59,060 nt of DNA from an uncultured Lachnospiraceae bacterium (GTDB lineage: Bacteria; Bacillota; Clostridia; TANB77; CAG-508). The translations under genes were made by a program, and so were the position numbers. Where the stretch lies: positions 1-59,060 of the forward strand of contig CAMPBM010000001.1 of NCBI GenBank assembly GCA_946637865.1. The letters are read 5' to 3'. The notes under the pieces were generated by a model that worked only from the letters and a program-made list of their open reading frames with translations, was not told the DNA's origin and searched no databases. Of the stretch, positions 38,234 through 48,595 are shown piece after piece (position 1 is the stretch's first letter; every line of letters begins with the position of its first letter).

Positions 38234-41200
38234 CTAAATTTCAATTAGTTTTTCAAGAAAAACTGAATAAATATAGCACTTATCTACCCTTTTTACCAAA
38301 GCTTGCTCCAAAGCTTTCCTATAAATCTCTAACTGCCTTTTATACTTCTCTGCCAATTCACCTTCTTTTCCCTTTTCTACAAAATCTGTTTTATAATCTA
38401 CCAAAACTACTTCCCCATTTTGATTTATAAAATATAAATCAATAATACCTTGAACTAAAATATTATCTTGCAGCCCATTACCATATATTTCGTCAGCTGT
38501 TAAGCTAATATAAAAAGGTTGCTCCTTATACACCTTTTTGGCAGATTTCAATTGTTTATATAGGTCAGACTTTGTATATGAGTATAACTTATACATATTT
38601 ATGGCTTTTCCTTCTAGAGGAGTAATTACCTTCCTATAAACTAAATCTTCAACCAATTGCTGTAGCATTTCTTTTGTATAATCTTTTCTCTCGTCTAATT
38701 TTTGGAAGCATAAATGCATTAAAGTTCCTTTTTGTGCATTTGTAATTTTGACCTCTTCATTTAAAAATTGTGGTCTTGCTATTGCAAATCTTGATTCTTT
38801 TTCATCCTGCATTTCATCTTCCTGCGACTGAATCTTTCCATTGTAATCTAAATCTATTTTCTTGCTACTTCTACTATTTTCTTCAATTTCTTCAATAGAA
38901 ATAATCTGTTCATTATTATCCGCTTCTTTCAACTTCGTAACAGAAGTTTTGGTTGGAATAACCGATGAATCCATATAAAAATACTTCCACTTAAGTATCT
39001 TAGCTAATTCGTTTGTTTTATTTTTTTCCAATTCTCTTGCCCTATTATTCAATTTTTTAACCAGGTTTTCATTACCATCAACAAGATTGCTGTCATCTAG
39101 AACTTTTAGTAACTCTGTCTTTTTAATAATATTGACATTCATATATTTATCGATATCTTCAATATTATTAAAGTACACCAACTCAATCCAATCTAAATAA
39201 GACTTATACTTTTTAAGCAATACATGATTAATCTCTTTTCCATCGGTTTTGTACATTTGAATTAAACTCTCTTTTTCTTTAAAAGATTTCTCTAAATCCT
39301 TTGATATCCCAGTAATTATTAGTTTTTCCTTAGCTCTTGTTAAAGCAACATATAAAACTCTCATTTCCTCAGATAATGTTTCCACTTTTGACTGTAGCCT
39401 TATCGCCTCTTTGGCAAGTGTTGTGTACTCTATCTTTTTATCTGCATTAATATACTTTGGTCCAAAACCTAATTCTTGATGAAGTATTATATTATCGTTT
39501 AAATCCTGCAAATTGAACTGTTTTCCCATACATGATAAAAATACTACTGGAAACTCTAGTCCCTTACTTTTATGAATACTCATTATTCTAATAACGTTTT
39601 CATTTTCACCTATCAATTTTGCAGATGATAGGTCACCACTATTGGAATGTAGTTTATCTATAAAGTTAATGAAATTGAATAATCCTTTAAAGCTTGCCGA
39701 TTCATACTGTTTAGCCCTTTCAAAAAGCATTTTTAAATTTGCTTGCCTTAATCCACCGTTTGGCAATAGTGTAACATAATTATAAAAATTAGTATCACTA
39801 TAAATTTGCCAAATTAATTCATCCAGCGACATATACTTTTCTTCATTTTGCCATTTTTTTAAATTACTTAAAAAGATTTCTATCTTGTTTTTTAAGTCGA
39901 TACTTTTATGAAGGTCTAATTCAATATCTTTACCGTTTTTTATTTTCTTGGTACACTGCACTGATTTTTCCGTTATCTTGCTCTGAATTTTTCATTACCT
40001 CGTTGTTATGCTCTAGCAATAATTCGTCAATTATGTCATATTTGTTTTCCTGCTCTGACATAGTTATATCGTTTTTATTATTTTCTTTTAATTTCAAGGT
40101 TTCATATTTGTTTTTCAGAGATTCAAAGAAAGATATTTTTTTATTATTTCCTCTAATTTCAACTAACTCATTATCCGTAAAACCGCCTATACTTGACCTT
40201 AATACTGTAACTAGTGGAATATCTTGCATTGGATTATCTATTATTTTTAGCAAACACATTATAGTTTGGATTTCCATAGATTCCAAATATTCTGATGATA
40301 CATCACTAAAGACTGGCATATTTAAATTTGAAATTTCTTTTTCGAATATAGGTGCAGACATTTTTGTTGAGCGTAGTAGTACAACTATATCTTTATATGT
40401 TACTTTCCTATAGCCTTCTTTCCTGTCATACACTATATAGTTACTATCAATAATTTCCTTTATTTTTTTTGCTACATATTTTGCTTCTAATACGACGTCT
40501 TCAACTCTTTCTTGTGATTCCTCTAATTCCTCAGATTCTTCTTGTTCATCTTTATATATATTGGCTTCTGGTTGTTTTAAATCTATTATATTTAGTTCAG
40601 CAATTCCTGCAAAATTTTTAATCTCCTTGTTTATAGAATTATTGATATCTGCATTACTTTTATTACCTACTTGTACCCTTCGTTCAACACTCTTTAAAGT
40701 GCTACTAGACTGTAAAACTTCCACATTTTCAGGCTCTGGATAATTGGCACCATAATTTAAGAACTCATTTTCATCATAACAAATACTTCCTAAATCATAA
40801 CTCATAATATTTTGGAAAATTAAATTGGTTACATCTAATACATTTTTCCTACTTCTAAAGTTCTTGAACAACTGAATTTTCATACCATCAGTTATGTTCT
40901 CTCCTTTAAACTTATATAATCCATATTTTTCTAAAAATAATTCTGGCCTAGCTTGTCTAAATTTATATATACTTTGCTTCACATCACCAACCATAAAAAT
41001 GTTGTTTCCCTTTGAAACACTCTTTAAAATATATTCTTGAACTAAATTACTATCCTGGTATTCGTCAATAGCTATCTCTTCAAATTTTTCTTTATATTTT
41101 TTTGCTACATCAGTTTCATATATTCTACCATCTTCATCTGTCTTCAATAAAATATTTAATGCAAAATGCTCAATGTCATTAAAGTCAACAATATTTTTTT

Positions 41201-42264
41201 CTTTCTTTCTAATAGCAAATCGCTCTGTAAATTCCAGAACCAGCTGTTTTATTGCCACTAGAATATCATACATTTCAAATATATCTTGACTTGCCTGTTT
41301 TGAATCATACACAAGATATTTTTCTATGGTTGCTACTACTTTCTTCTTTACACTATCCCTTATCTCTTTTGCCTCATCCTTTAATTCTATTGTTATTTTC
41401 CTATCAGATGGCCACTTAGCCCAATTCAAATTCATAGAACAATTATAAGTTTCTTCCCAGGAATATGTAACTTCCTTTATTTTTTCTAAACTTTCAATAT
41501 CGCTACTAATTACCAACTGATATTTAACCAATTCATCATATTTAGCTAAATTCTTTTCAACCTGCTTTAATTTCAATATTGAATCGGTTAGTTCCTCCTT
41601 AAAATTTTCTAACAAAATCTGTCCCCATACCGTTTCTGCAAAATCTCTATCCAACTTATCTTGCATATCAAACTTCTGTACCTGTTCATCTAACCATCTA
41701 TTAGGAAACGGACTACTTTGTATGAATCTATATATATTCAAAATTAACTGTCTTAAGTTTTCGTCTCCCCTATAATTTGTATATGTATTTAATAGTTTTT
41801 CAAAAGCTTTATCCTCAGCTAAATACTTATCTTCAAATAAATCATCTATTATCTCTTGTTTTAATAACTCTATCTCGGCAGTATCTGCAACTCTAAAATT
41901 TGCAGATGTATCTATCTCGTAAAAATTATTCCTAATTACGTCTAAACAAAAAGAATGTATTGTACTTATATTAGATTTATTTAACAAGATTATCTGTCTT
42001 TGTAAATCCATATTCAACGGCTCTTCCTCAATTTTTTTATAAATAGCCTCAAGAATCCTTTCTCTCATTTCACTAGCTGCCGCGCTAGTAAATGTAACTA
42101 TTAAAATTTTATCTATATCAACTTTATCATTTATTACTTTACTTATTATCCTCTCTACTAAAACTGAAGTTTTCCCACTTCCGTGCTGCCGCAGCAACTA
42201 ATATATTGTTTTCCTTTTCATTTATTGCCAAAGATTGTTCCTTGGTCCATCTTTCATTTGCCAC
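38234..42264 (-). pseudogene. addA: AddA-type helicase-nuclease (UvrD-like helicase plus C-terminal PD-(D/E)XK nuclease), split by two +1 frame breaks
   Basis: GTG 42264 after GGAGGT gives VANERWTKEQSLAINEKENNILVAAAA. The frame breaks at about 42183 just before GSGKT. Then TFTSAAASEMRERI, DEYQDSN, VGDVKQSIYKFRQA. The second break is in the 39930-39961 overlap. C-terminus GIIDLYF...VLVDYKTD. Confidence 0.8.
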
Positions 42265-42356
42265 TTCTTTTTACCTCCATTTTGGATTTTCTATAGTATA
42301 TATTACTTCTTACTAAATTTCAATTGTTTTTGACTCTGTTACAATGAAACAAATTA

Positions 42357-42630
42357 GTTACAATTCACGTTTTTTGCAATAAGCCGTCCAATATAAGAAT
42401 TATGTAATCGCAAAAAAACATATTAACATTCCGCAAACTTGCTGGCTCGGCTTTATCAAAAAGCAAAAGGAATATATGATGTCGTGTAAAGTTTCAATAC
42501 AGTTTATTCCTTTTGCACTTTTTGACAAACCTTGCCAAACTGCGCGTTTAGGGCTCCATTGTTAATATGTTTTTTTGTTCTTACATAATTCTTATATTGG
42601 ACTACTCAACTATAATGGCTGACCTGTAAC
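42357..42630 (-). mobile_element. 274-nt hairpin MITE, family A, inverted relative to 34194-34467
   Basis: Same length and the same outer arm blocks (GAGTAGTCCAATATAAGAATTATGTAAG; TTACATAATTCTTATATTGGACGGCTTATTGCAAAA), with the conserved core boxes. No clean TSD. Confidence 0.85.
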
Positions 42631-42733
42631 CCCCAAATGTTTCCCCATAGAAAAAGTTTACTTTACATAATTGACATTTCTTGAAAAATTTGCTATAATA
42701 CTAATTATCATTAAAAATAGGAGAGTGATTTCA

Positions 42734-43750
42734 ATGAATATGAACTCACAAGATTTACAAAAAATGGCAAGGTCATTTCATGCCGTTGAACAAATACTTA
42801 AGCGGAATGGCAGACTTACGAACGACACTGCAAAAGCCTTTGCATGTTACATGCAAAAGAATTTTCCCAATATAGGGATAATTGCTGAAATAGCAAAAAG
42901 GTTAGAGCAGTGTTCTAGCCTCACACAGGAAGAGCTCGAAATTCTTCACGAAATACTAGCAAAATACCAGATTTTTAGCAGCGATACCAACAACACAGAA
43001 AGACAATCCTCAGACACACTTCTCGAAAACCAGATTCCGACAGTGAAACTAACCTCCGAAATGAGGTTAATTGATCTTACAAGTAAGGATCAAAGTTTTC
43101 GAGAGCAGTATTCGTTTGTATTTGGAGACGCAATTCCATTAAGACAGTACATACTGTTTGATTCGAAAGATATGAACGGAATCAACGTTTCATATCTAAA
43201 TTATGTTTTCGGCAATGGAAGAAACATAAAACAGTATTCCCCCAGCAAGTTACAGGCTGTATTTTCAAGGGATAAGGTTGTCTCTAGCATAATGAATAGC
43301 TTCGGATGTTTTACATTTGGACAGGAGATTTTTTCAGAAGCATTAAAGGAGCAAGCTTTTTTAAAACTTCTTGAAAAAAAGTCACAAACGCTTGTAAGAA
43401 TGCATCGCTCTGATGGTTCACGGGTATCATTCCTAAGAATAGGAAAAATCTATGTTTCTTCGTCAAGCAACCTCGAGACTGAGTCACTTGATCAGTATTT
43501 AGTATGGAGCACTGGAAAAGTGCTTACAACACAGTTTTTATCTTATGGTAATATTGACGTTCCGAAGTTATCTATCGACCACAAGTATGCGTATGCAGTG
43601 GTGAACATGTTGCTTTCGGAAAAAAACCTCAATGCTTCAAGATACATAGGTTCCATATTGGGAAACTATATTCATAAGAATCATGCTTTATATGGACCCT
43701 GTATTCGAACAAATGAAATTCCTCATAAGAAATTATACAATATAGTATAA
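42734..43750 (+). CDS. Hypothetical protein (338 aa), compositionally atypical
   Basis: AGGAGAG RBS before the ATG at 42734. Visibly higher G+C and use of codons rare elsewhere in the window (CTC, CGG, GCC). Confidence 0.5.
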   Translation: MNMNSQDLQKMARSFHAVEQILKRNGRLTNDTAKAFACYMQKNFPNIGIIAEIAKRLEQCSSLTQEELEILHEILAKYQIFSSDTNNTERQSSDTLLENQIPTVKLTSEMRLIDLTSKDQSFREQYSFVFGDAIPLRQYILFDSKDMNGINVSYLNYVFGNGRNIKQYSPSKLQAVFSRDKVVSSIMNSFGCFTFGQEIFSEALKEQAFLKLLEKKSQTLVRMHRSDGSRVSFLRIGKIYVSSSSNLETESLDQYLVWSTGKVLTTQFLSYGNIDVPKLSIDHKYAYAVVNMLLSEKNLNASRYIGSILGNYIHKNHALYGPCIRTNEIPHKKLYNIV

Positions 43751-43774
43751 TTAAGCAAAATGAACATATAGTAA

Positions 43775-43906
43775 GAATCTTCGATTTCCTTTAGAGCACA
43801 ATGTGCTCCGCTACAAAGCAATTACTTCCTTATTATACTAGAAACAAGAAAATTCTACGATTCTTCTTTAGAACACAACGTGCACCGCTACGAAAGCAAT
43901 TACTAG
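43775..43906 (+). repeat. Two tandem E-type REP-like units
   Basis: GAATCTTCGATTTCCTTTAGAGCACAATGTGCTCCGCTACAAAGCAATTACTTCCTTATTATAC and AATTCTACGATTCTTCTTTAGAACACAACGTGCACCGCTACGAAAGCAATTACTAG. Confidence 0.8.
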
Positions 43907-43941
43907 AAAAAGCTCACTTGTTAATTCAAGCGAGCTTTTTT
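43907..43941. terminator. Bidirectional terminator hairpin
   Basis: AAAAAGCTCACTTG...CAAGCGAGCTTTTTT. Confidence 0.6.
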
Positions 43942-43971
43942 CTTTATATCTAGTAAGTTTAAAAAATACCC

Positions 43972-44841
43972 TTATTTTATATACATTTCTGGATCTATAG
44001 AATTCCCATCTTTCATAATTTCAAAATGCAAATGTGGATCATCTAATATTTCAAATGTTGCAGAATTTCCAACCGTACCTAAGGTTTGTCCTGCTTTAAC
44101 TTCTTCTCCAACAACTACAAATTCAGCTGTCAATAAATTTGCATATACAGATGAAAAACCATTTTGATGTTCTACAACTACTGTAAGACCATATCTAGGG
44201 TCATTCTTTATTGATTTTACAATACCATCTGAAGATGTTTTTACTATTGTTGTTTTATCTGCTTTTATGTCTATTCCTAGGTGAGTTGTCCATTCTTTCA
44301 AGGTATCTGAATATATCAGCTTATCTTTTCCGTAATGCTTAACAATTTCACCGTCTACTGGCATAATAAATATCGGATCTTTTATTTCTTCCGCTTCTTC
44401 TACTTTTGCATCTACCAAAGCTGTATTTGCTTCAGCTAATTCAGCAATTGTATTTATATCGGCTACATCTGTCTCACTAGGTTGTGTACTAATACCATTA
44501 TCACCAGTATTGGCTACTGCATTGTCACTATTTGTTGCTTCAGCCTTGTTTTCCTCTTTTGAATTCTCAGCTTCTGCTAAATCAACTTGCAATTCACCTT
44601 CATCTTTTAATTCTTCATACTTTGACAATTCTTCAACATTTTTTCCTATTGATGAGCTTGCTTCTTGTGAAGTATTCTCGTTAGAAGCCATATCCTTGCC
44701 AGTTTCTATGTTGTCATCTAGGTTTCCATTACCTGTAAAGATATTGAATACTATTAGAAAAATTACAATACTTAAAATTGCTCCTCCTAGTGAAAAATAA
44801 ATAATCTTATTTATTCTTTTTCCCTTTAATGTATTTGCCAT
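43972..44841 (-). CDS. Membrane-anchored M23/LytM peptidase-domain protein, SpoIIQ-like by position
   Basis: N-terminal TM, acidic linker, LytM domain with HLGIDI and HLHFE motifs. Directly downstream of spoIID. Confidence 0.6.
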   Translation of the reverse strand: MANTLKGKRINKIIYFSLGGAILSIVIFLIVFNIFTGNGNLDDNIETGKDMASNENTSQEASSSIGKNVEELSKYEELKDEGELQVDLAEAENSKEENKAEATNSDNAVANTGDNGISTQPSETDVADINTIAELAEANTALVDAKVEEAEEIKDPIFIMPVDGEIVKHYGKDKLIYSDTLKEWTTHLGIDIKADKTTIVKTSSDGIVKSIKNDPRYGLTVVVEHQNGFSSVYANLLTAEFVVVGEEVKAGQTLGTVGNSATFEILDDPHLHFEIMKDGNSIDPEMYIK

Positions 44842-44895
44842 ATTTTTTTCCTCCTTACTTTTTCTTTAGTAAAATTATTTCCAGTTTAGAATAAT

Positions 44896-45946
44896 TTATA
44901 CATTGTTGAAATCTATTACTTCAACACCTGTATAGAAATGCTTTATAATATCTTCATATCCATATCCTTGTTTTGCTAAACTATCTGCACCTGTCTGACT
45001 CATGCCAACTCCATGTCCATATCCTGTAACTTTAAATTTTATATTCTCACCAATCTCTATTATAAAATTAGCTGATTTCAATGAAAAAATAGTTCTAACT
45101 TCAACACCTGATAAATTATGATTTCCTATTTTTATGGTTTTTATTCTTCCTCCAGAGGTATATTCAACAACCTGTATAGCATCTACAGCATCCAAATTTA
45201 TTTCAAAATCTGAATATCTTGCCTTCATTTTTGATATAAATTCCTCTCTTGATAATTCTATTTCTGAACTGTACTGAGTATATGCATCTTCACCTGCAGT
45301 TTCTACTGTTTGTAGATATGGATATCCGCTTCCTCCGCCAAACATTAACTGGTTGCTCGGTTGCTCCTCCACTATTAGAGTGGAAAAAAGCATTTATTGG
45401 TGCACCTTCATATGTAATTACTTTTCCCTTTGTTTCATTAACAGCTATCATTATTCTGTTCCAATTATCTTCTCTCCTATCTTCTTCCCATCTAGCCATC
45501 CTATCTTCTTTAGTAATCCACGCTTGACAACACGCAGAATCGTCACATATATGTGCATCTCCATGTTTAGATTGATTGTGTGTTATAGTATAAATTGTGT
45601 ACGTTCTTGCAACCGTTGCTTGAGCTTTTAGAGCCTCCATATCAAAATCTACTGGCATTTCAGCTGATACCACTCCATACAAATATTCATCTAGTGGAAT
45701 TTCTTCAATAGTATTAGTTTTTGAATGTAAAAGCTTGATTGTTTTATAATTATTGTAATCATACGGAGTCACGTCAACATTTCTGTTCCCCACGTCTTCA
45801 CCATTATCTGCAGTTTCAGTATCTAAATTATCATAATCACTCTCTTGAATCAAAGCGTCATTAATAACTGTTACTTTTGTAAAAAAAATGGGTATAACAA
45901 ATGTTAACGCCACTAAAAGTAGTACATATATAACTATTTTTTTCAT
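44896..45946 (-). pseudogene. spoIID: Stage II sporulation protein D (lytic transglycosylase), interrupted by a +1 frame break near 45337
   Basis: Frame 1 reads ...AFFHSNSGGATEQPVNVW. Frame 2 continues GGSGYPYLQTVE...GYGHGVGMSQTGADSLAKQGY. Confidence 0.8.
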
Positions 45947-45963
45947 ATTTAAATAACTGCCTC

Positions 45964-46683
45964 CTACACCGCCAGCATTTCCCTCATATTTAGCAACACC
46001 TTTTTCTCTATTCTAGAAACTTGTACCTGACTTATTCCTAAGGTTTTAGCAACCTGAGATTGTGTGTTACCCCTAAAATATCTTAGTAATATTATTTTTC
46101 TTTCCCTTTCATCCAGTTTATCTATCGCTTCCTTTAAAATAATTTTATCCACTAAATTTTTCTCAGACTCATTATTGGCAGGAATTCTATCTAAAATATT
46201 TCCTTCACTATCGTCTTTATTATTTAAATCATATATTGAATCTACGCAATTTATTGAATCTAAAGCTGCAGCAATCTCCTCTTTTGCAACTCCTAAAATT
46301 TTTGCTATTTCTTCTACATTTATCTCTATTCCTTTTTTATTTATATATTCTTTTTGTACTTCTCTAATTTTTACACATAATTCTTTTGTACTTCTGCTTA
46401 TTTTTATTGGCCCGTCATCTCTAATAAATCTTTTTATTTCTCCTAATATATATGGTACTGCATATGTTGATAATTGTACTTCAAAATCGGTATCAAACCT
46501 TCTTATTGATTTTATAAATCCCAAGGAACCTATTTGATACAAGTCCTCTAGTTCATATCCTCTATCTTTAAATCTTCTAACAATACTCCAAATTAGTCCA
46601 GCATTGTTTTCTACTAATCTAGACATTGCATCCTCGTTTCCTTCCTTGGCCTTAATAATATCGTTTATATTATTATCATACAT
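45964..46683 (-). CDS. sigF: RNA polymerase sporulation sigma factor F
   Basis: 239 aa. Sigma-70 regions 2-4 (DLYQIGSLGFIKSIRRFD; TQSQVAKTLGISQVQVSRIEKK). Follows spoIIAA-spoIIAB. Confidence 0.9.
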   Translation of the reverse strand: MYDNNINDIIKAKEGNEDAMSRLVENNAGLIWSIVRRFKDRGYELEDLYQIGSLGFIKSIRRFDTDFEVQLSTYAVPYILGEIKRFIRDDGPIKISRSTKELCVKIREVQKEYINKKGIEINVEEIAKILGVAKEEIAAALDSINCVDSIYDLNNKDDSEGNILDRIPANNESEKNLVDKIILKEAIDKLDERERKIILLRYFRGNTQSQVAKTLGISQVQVSRIEKKVLLNMREMLAV

Positions 46684-46801
46684 ATTATTAAACTAAGCCT
46701 ACCTTTCTTAAGTATATTTAACCTTTTTCTTATGCTTTTATATTCTCCTTCCTATTTATATAATAAATCCTTAGCCTATATATTCACCCTCCATCTTTAT
46801 T

Positions 46802-47275
46802 TTACACAGCACCTACCATTTCTCTGTCTTCGCAAACGCTTTCTTGCTTTTCAATAGCTTTCTTCATGGTAACCTTAGTGCCTAGACCATATACAGATTC
46901 AATATGTACTTCGTCCATAAAACTTTCCATTATAGTAAAACCCATACCCGACCTTTCTAAATTTGGTTTCGATGTGTATAAAGGCTTTCGTGCAAGCTCT
47001 ATATTTTCAATTCCTTTCCCAGAATCTGATATTTCAATTTCAATATTATTTGCAAAAATTTTTGCTATTATCTTTATTTTTCCCTCTTTATTTTCATATC
47101 CATGTATAATACAATTTGTAACAGCCTCTGAAACTGCCGTTTTTATATCTGCCAACTCCTCTATAGTTGGATCTAATTGAGCTGAAAAGGCAGCAACTGC
47201 TATTCGTGCAAAAGCCTCGTTATTTGATTTACTTAAAAACTCTAATTTCATTTCATTTTCATACAAACCCTTCAT
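46802..47275 (-). CDS. spoIIAB: Anti-sigma F factor (serine kinase) SpoIIAB
   Basis: GHKL ATPase boxes [23 protein letters not shown]. Confidence 0.9.
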   Translation of the reverse strand: MKGLYENEMKLEFLSKSNNEAFARIAVAAFSAQLDPTIEELADIKTAVSEAVTNCIIHGYENKEGKIKIIAKIFANNIEIEISDSGKGIENIELARKPLYTSKPNLERSGMGFTIMESFMDEVHIESVYGLGTKVTMKKAIEKQESVCEDREMVGAV

Positions 47276-47367
47276 TTGTTTACATCCTTTGTATAATATA
47301 TTTAGGTTTTTTATGGTTATACCTATAAACCTCTATAATTAGTTAACTTTTTTTAAACTAATATAAC

Positions 47368-47682
47368 CTACGCACTTTTAACAACTGGTATAATTTTAAG
47401 AACTCCACTCATTTCAAAAATCTTTTGAATACTTGGTTTTACGTTAGTCATTTCAACGGTTCCACCAAGCATATTTGCCGTTTTATATCTACCAATTATC
47501 ATTCCTATTCCACTGCTATCCATAAAAGATACCTTACTAAAATCAAATAAAACTTTTCTAGGCATATATCTCGTAATTTCATTATCCACCAACCTCCTTA
47601 TTCTATCTGTACTATGATGATCGATTTCCTCCGTAATTTTAATTAGCAATAGCTTGTCCTCTTTTAAAAATTCACTTTCCAA
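47368..47682 (-). CDS. spoIIAA: Anti-sigma F factor antagonist SpoIIAA (STAS domain)
   Basis: 104 aa. Phospho-serine context FMDSSGIGMIIG. Confidence 0.9.
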   Translation of the reverse strand: MESEFLKEDKLLLIKITEEIDHHSTDRIRRLVDNEITRYMPRKVLFDFSKVSFMDSSGIGMIIGRYKTANMLGGTVEMTNVKPSIQKIFEMSGVLKIIPVVKSA

Positions 47683-47763
47683 AATACAATCCTCCTTACA
47701 TATTTATGAATTTGATTATATTGCTTTTTCCATTTTTTTCCAAGAGTGAAACCTAGGAAGTTT

Positions 47764-47790
47764 TGTCGAATAGATAAAAAGTTTTCGACA
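47764..47790. promoter_or_regulatory. Pair of inverted Spo0A-box consensus heptamers (TGTCGAA) upstream of spoIIAA
   Basis: TGTCGAA at 47764-47770 and TTCGACA at 47784-47790, about 80-110 nt upstream of the start at 47682. Confidence 0.55.
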
Positions 47791-47862
47791 ACATTTTTGG
47801 TACAAAAAAAATGCTTAGGCAGTTGGTGTATGCTAATTTCAACAAGAAATAGGAAAATTTTT

Positions 47863-47919
47863 AATTCTTTCTTTGGAGCACAATGTGCTCCGCTACGAAA
47901 CAATTACTTTTCTATTGTA
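47863..47919 (+). repeat. E-type REP-like unit
   Basis: AATTCTTTCTTTGGAGCACAATGTGCTCCGCTACGAAACAATTACTTTTCTATTGTA. Confidence 0.8.
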
Positions 47920-48015
47920 AAAATAAACCTCTTATTTCTTTGTTTATATAATTAACATAGCGTAACCTTTTAAGCATTTTTTAAATAACTGAAAAAATGT
48001 ATCTATATACATATA

Positions 48016-48423
48016 TCATTTTTGATTTTTTTCATCTTTGTTAAGTCGTCTACTAGCAGTCATCTTGTCTAGATTTGGATATGCAGCAACAATTAAAGCC
48101 TTAATTACTTCCAACTCTTCCTCATTACACCTATCTATAATATTTTTTAATATTTCCCTATTACTATATTCGTCTTTCATATACCCTTCATTTTCTTCAT
48201 AAAGCAAACTATCACTAGGAACCTTTAAGGCTTTTGAAATTTGATATAAAGTATGGACACTACAACTGCTATTTCCCTTTTCTAACTCTGAAACATAGTT
48301 TTCTGAACGATTTATCATCCCAGCAAAAGTCTCTTTTGTTAAACCTATTGCGACCCTATTACTTTTTGTTCTTTCTCCAAAACCCTTCCAATCCTTATAT
48401 TCATACCTATCAGTTCTACTCAT
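48016..48423 (-). CDS. XRE-family helix-turn-helix transcriptional regulator
   Basis: GLTKETFAGMINRSENYVSELEKG HTH segment. Confidence 0.7.
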   Translation of the reverse strand: MSRTDRYEYKDWKGFGERTKSNRVAIGLTKETFAGMINRSENYVSELEKGNSSCSVHTLYQISKALKVPSDSLLYEENEGYMKDEYSNREILKNIIDRCNEEELEVIKALIVAAYPNLDKMTASRRLNKDEKNQK

Positions 48424-48595
48424 TGTCTTAATTCCTCCCCTACTAGCAAAATAAATAATTTCCTTTGCTGGTATTATCTCATTTTTTTAAATGATTTATT
48501 ATCAACTACCAATTATTTATTTTTATTTTTGCTAGTTGGTGGAAGGTATAAATAAAAAAGCGAAATTTGCTTTATCACCTTTCTATAATATTTTT

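Noticed and set aside
47664-47955. ORFs 47664-47903 (minus) and 47746-47955 (plus) in the spoIIA upstream region
   Set aside because: They overlap each other, the Spo0A boxes and an E-type repeat. There are no RBSs and the peptides are implausible. I treat the region as regulatory/repeat DNA.
48444-48536. Inverted repeat CTAGCAAAATAAATAAT / ATTATTTATTTTTATTTTTGCTAG between the XRE gene start and the receiver gene end
   Set aside because: It could be an operator or the receiver gene terminator. The arms are AT-only and unequal in length, so I cannot distinguish the options or support a call.
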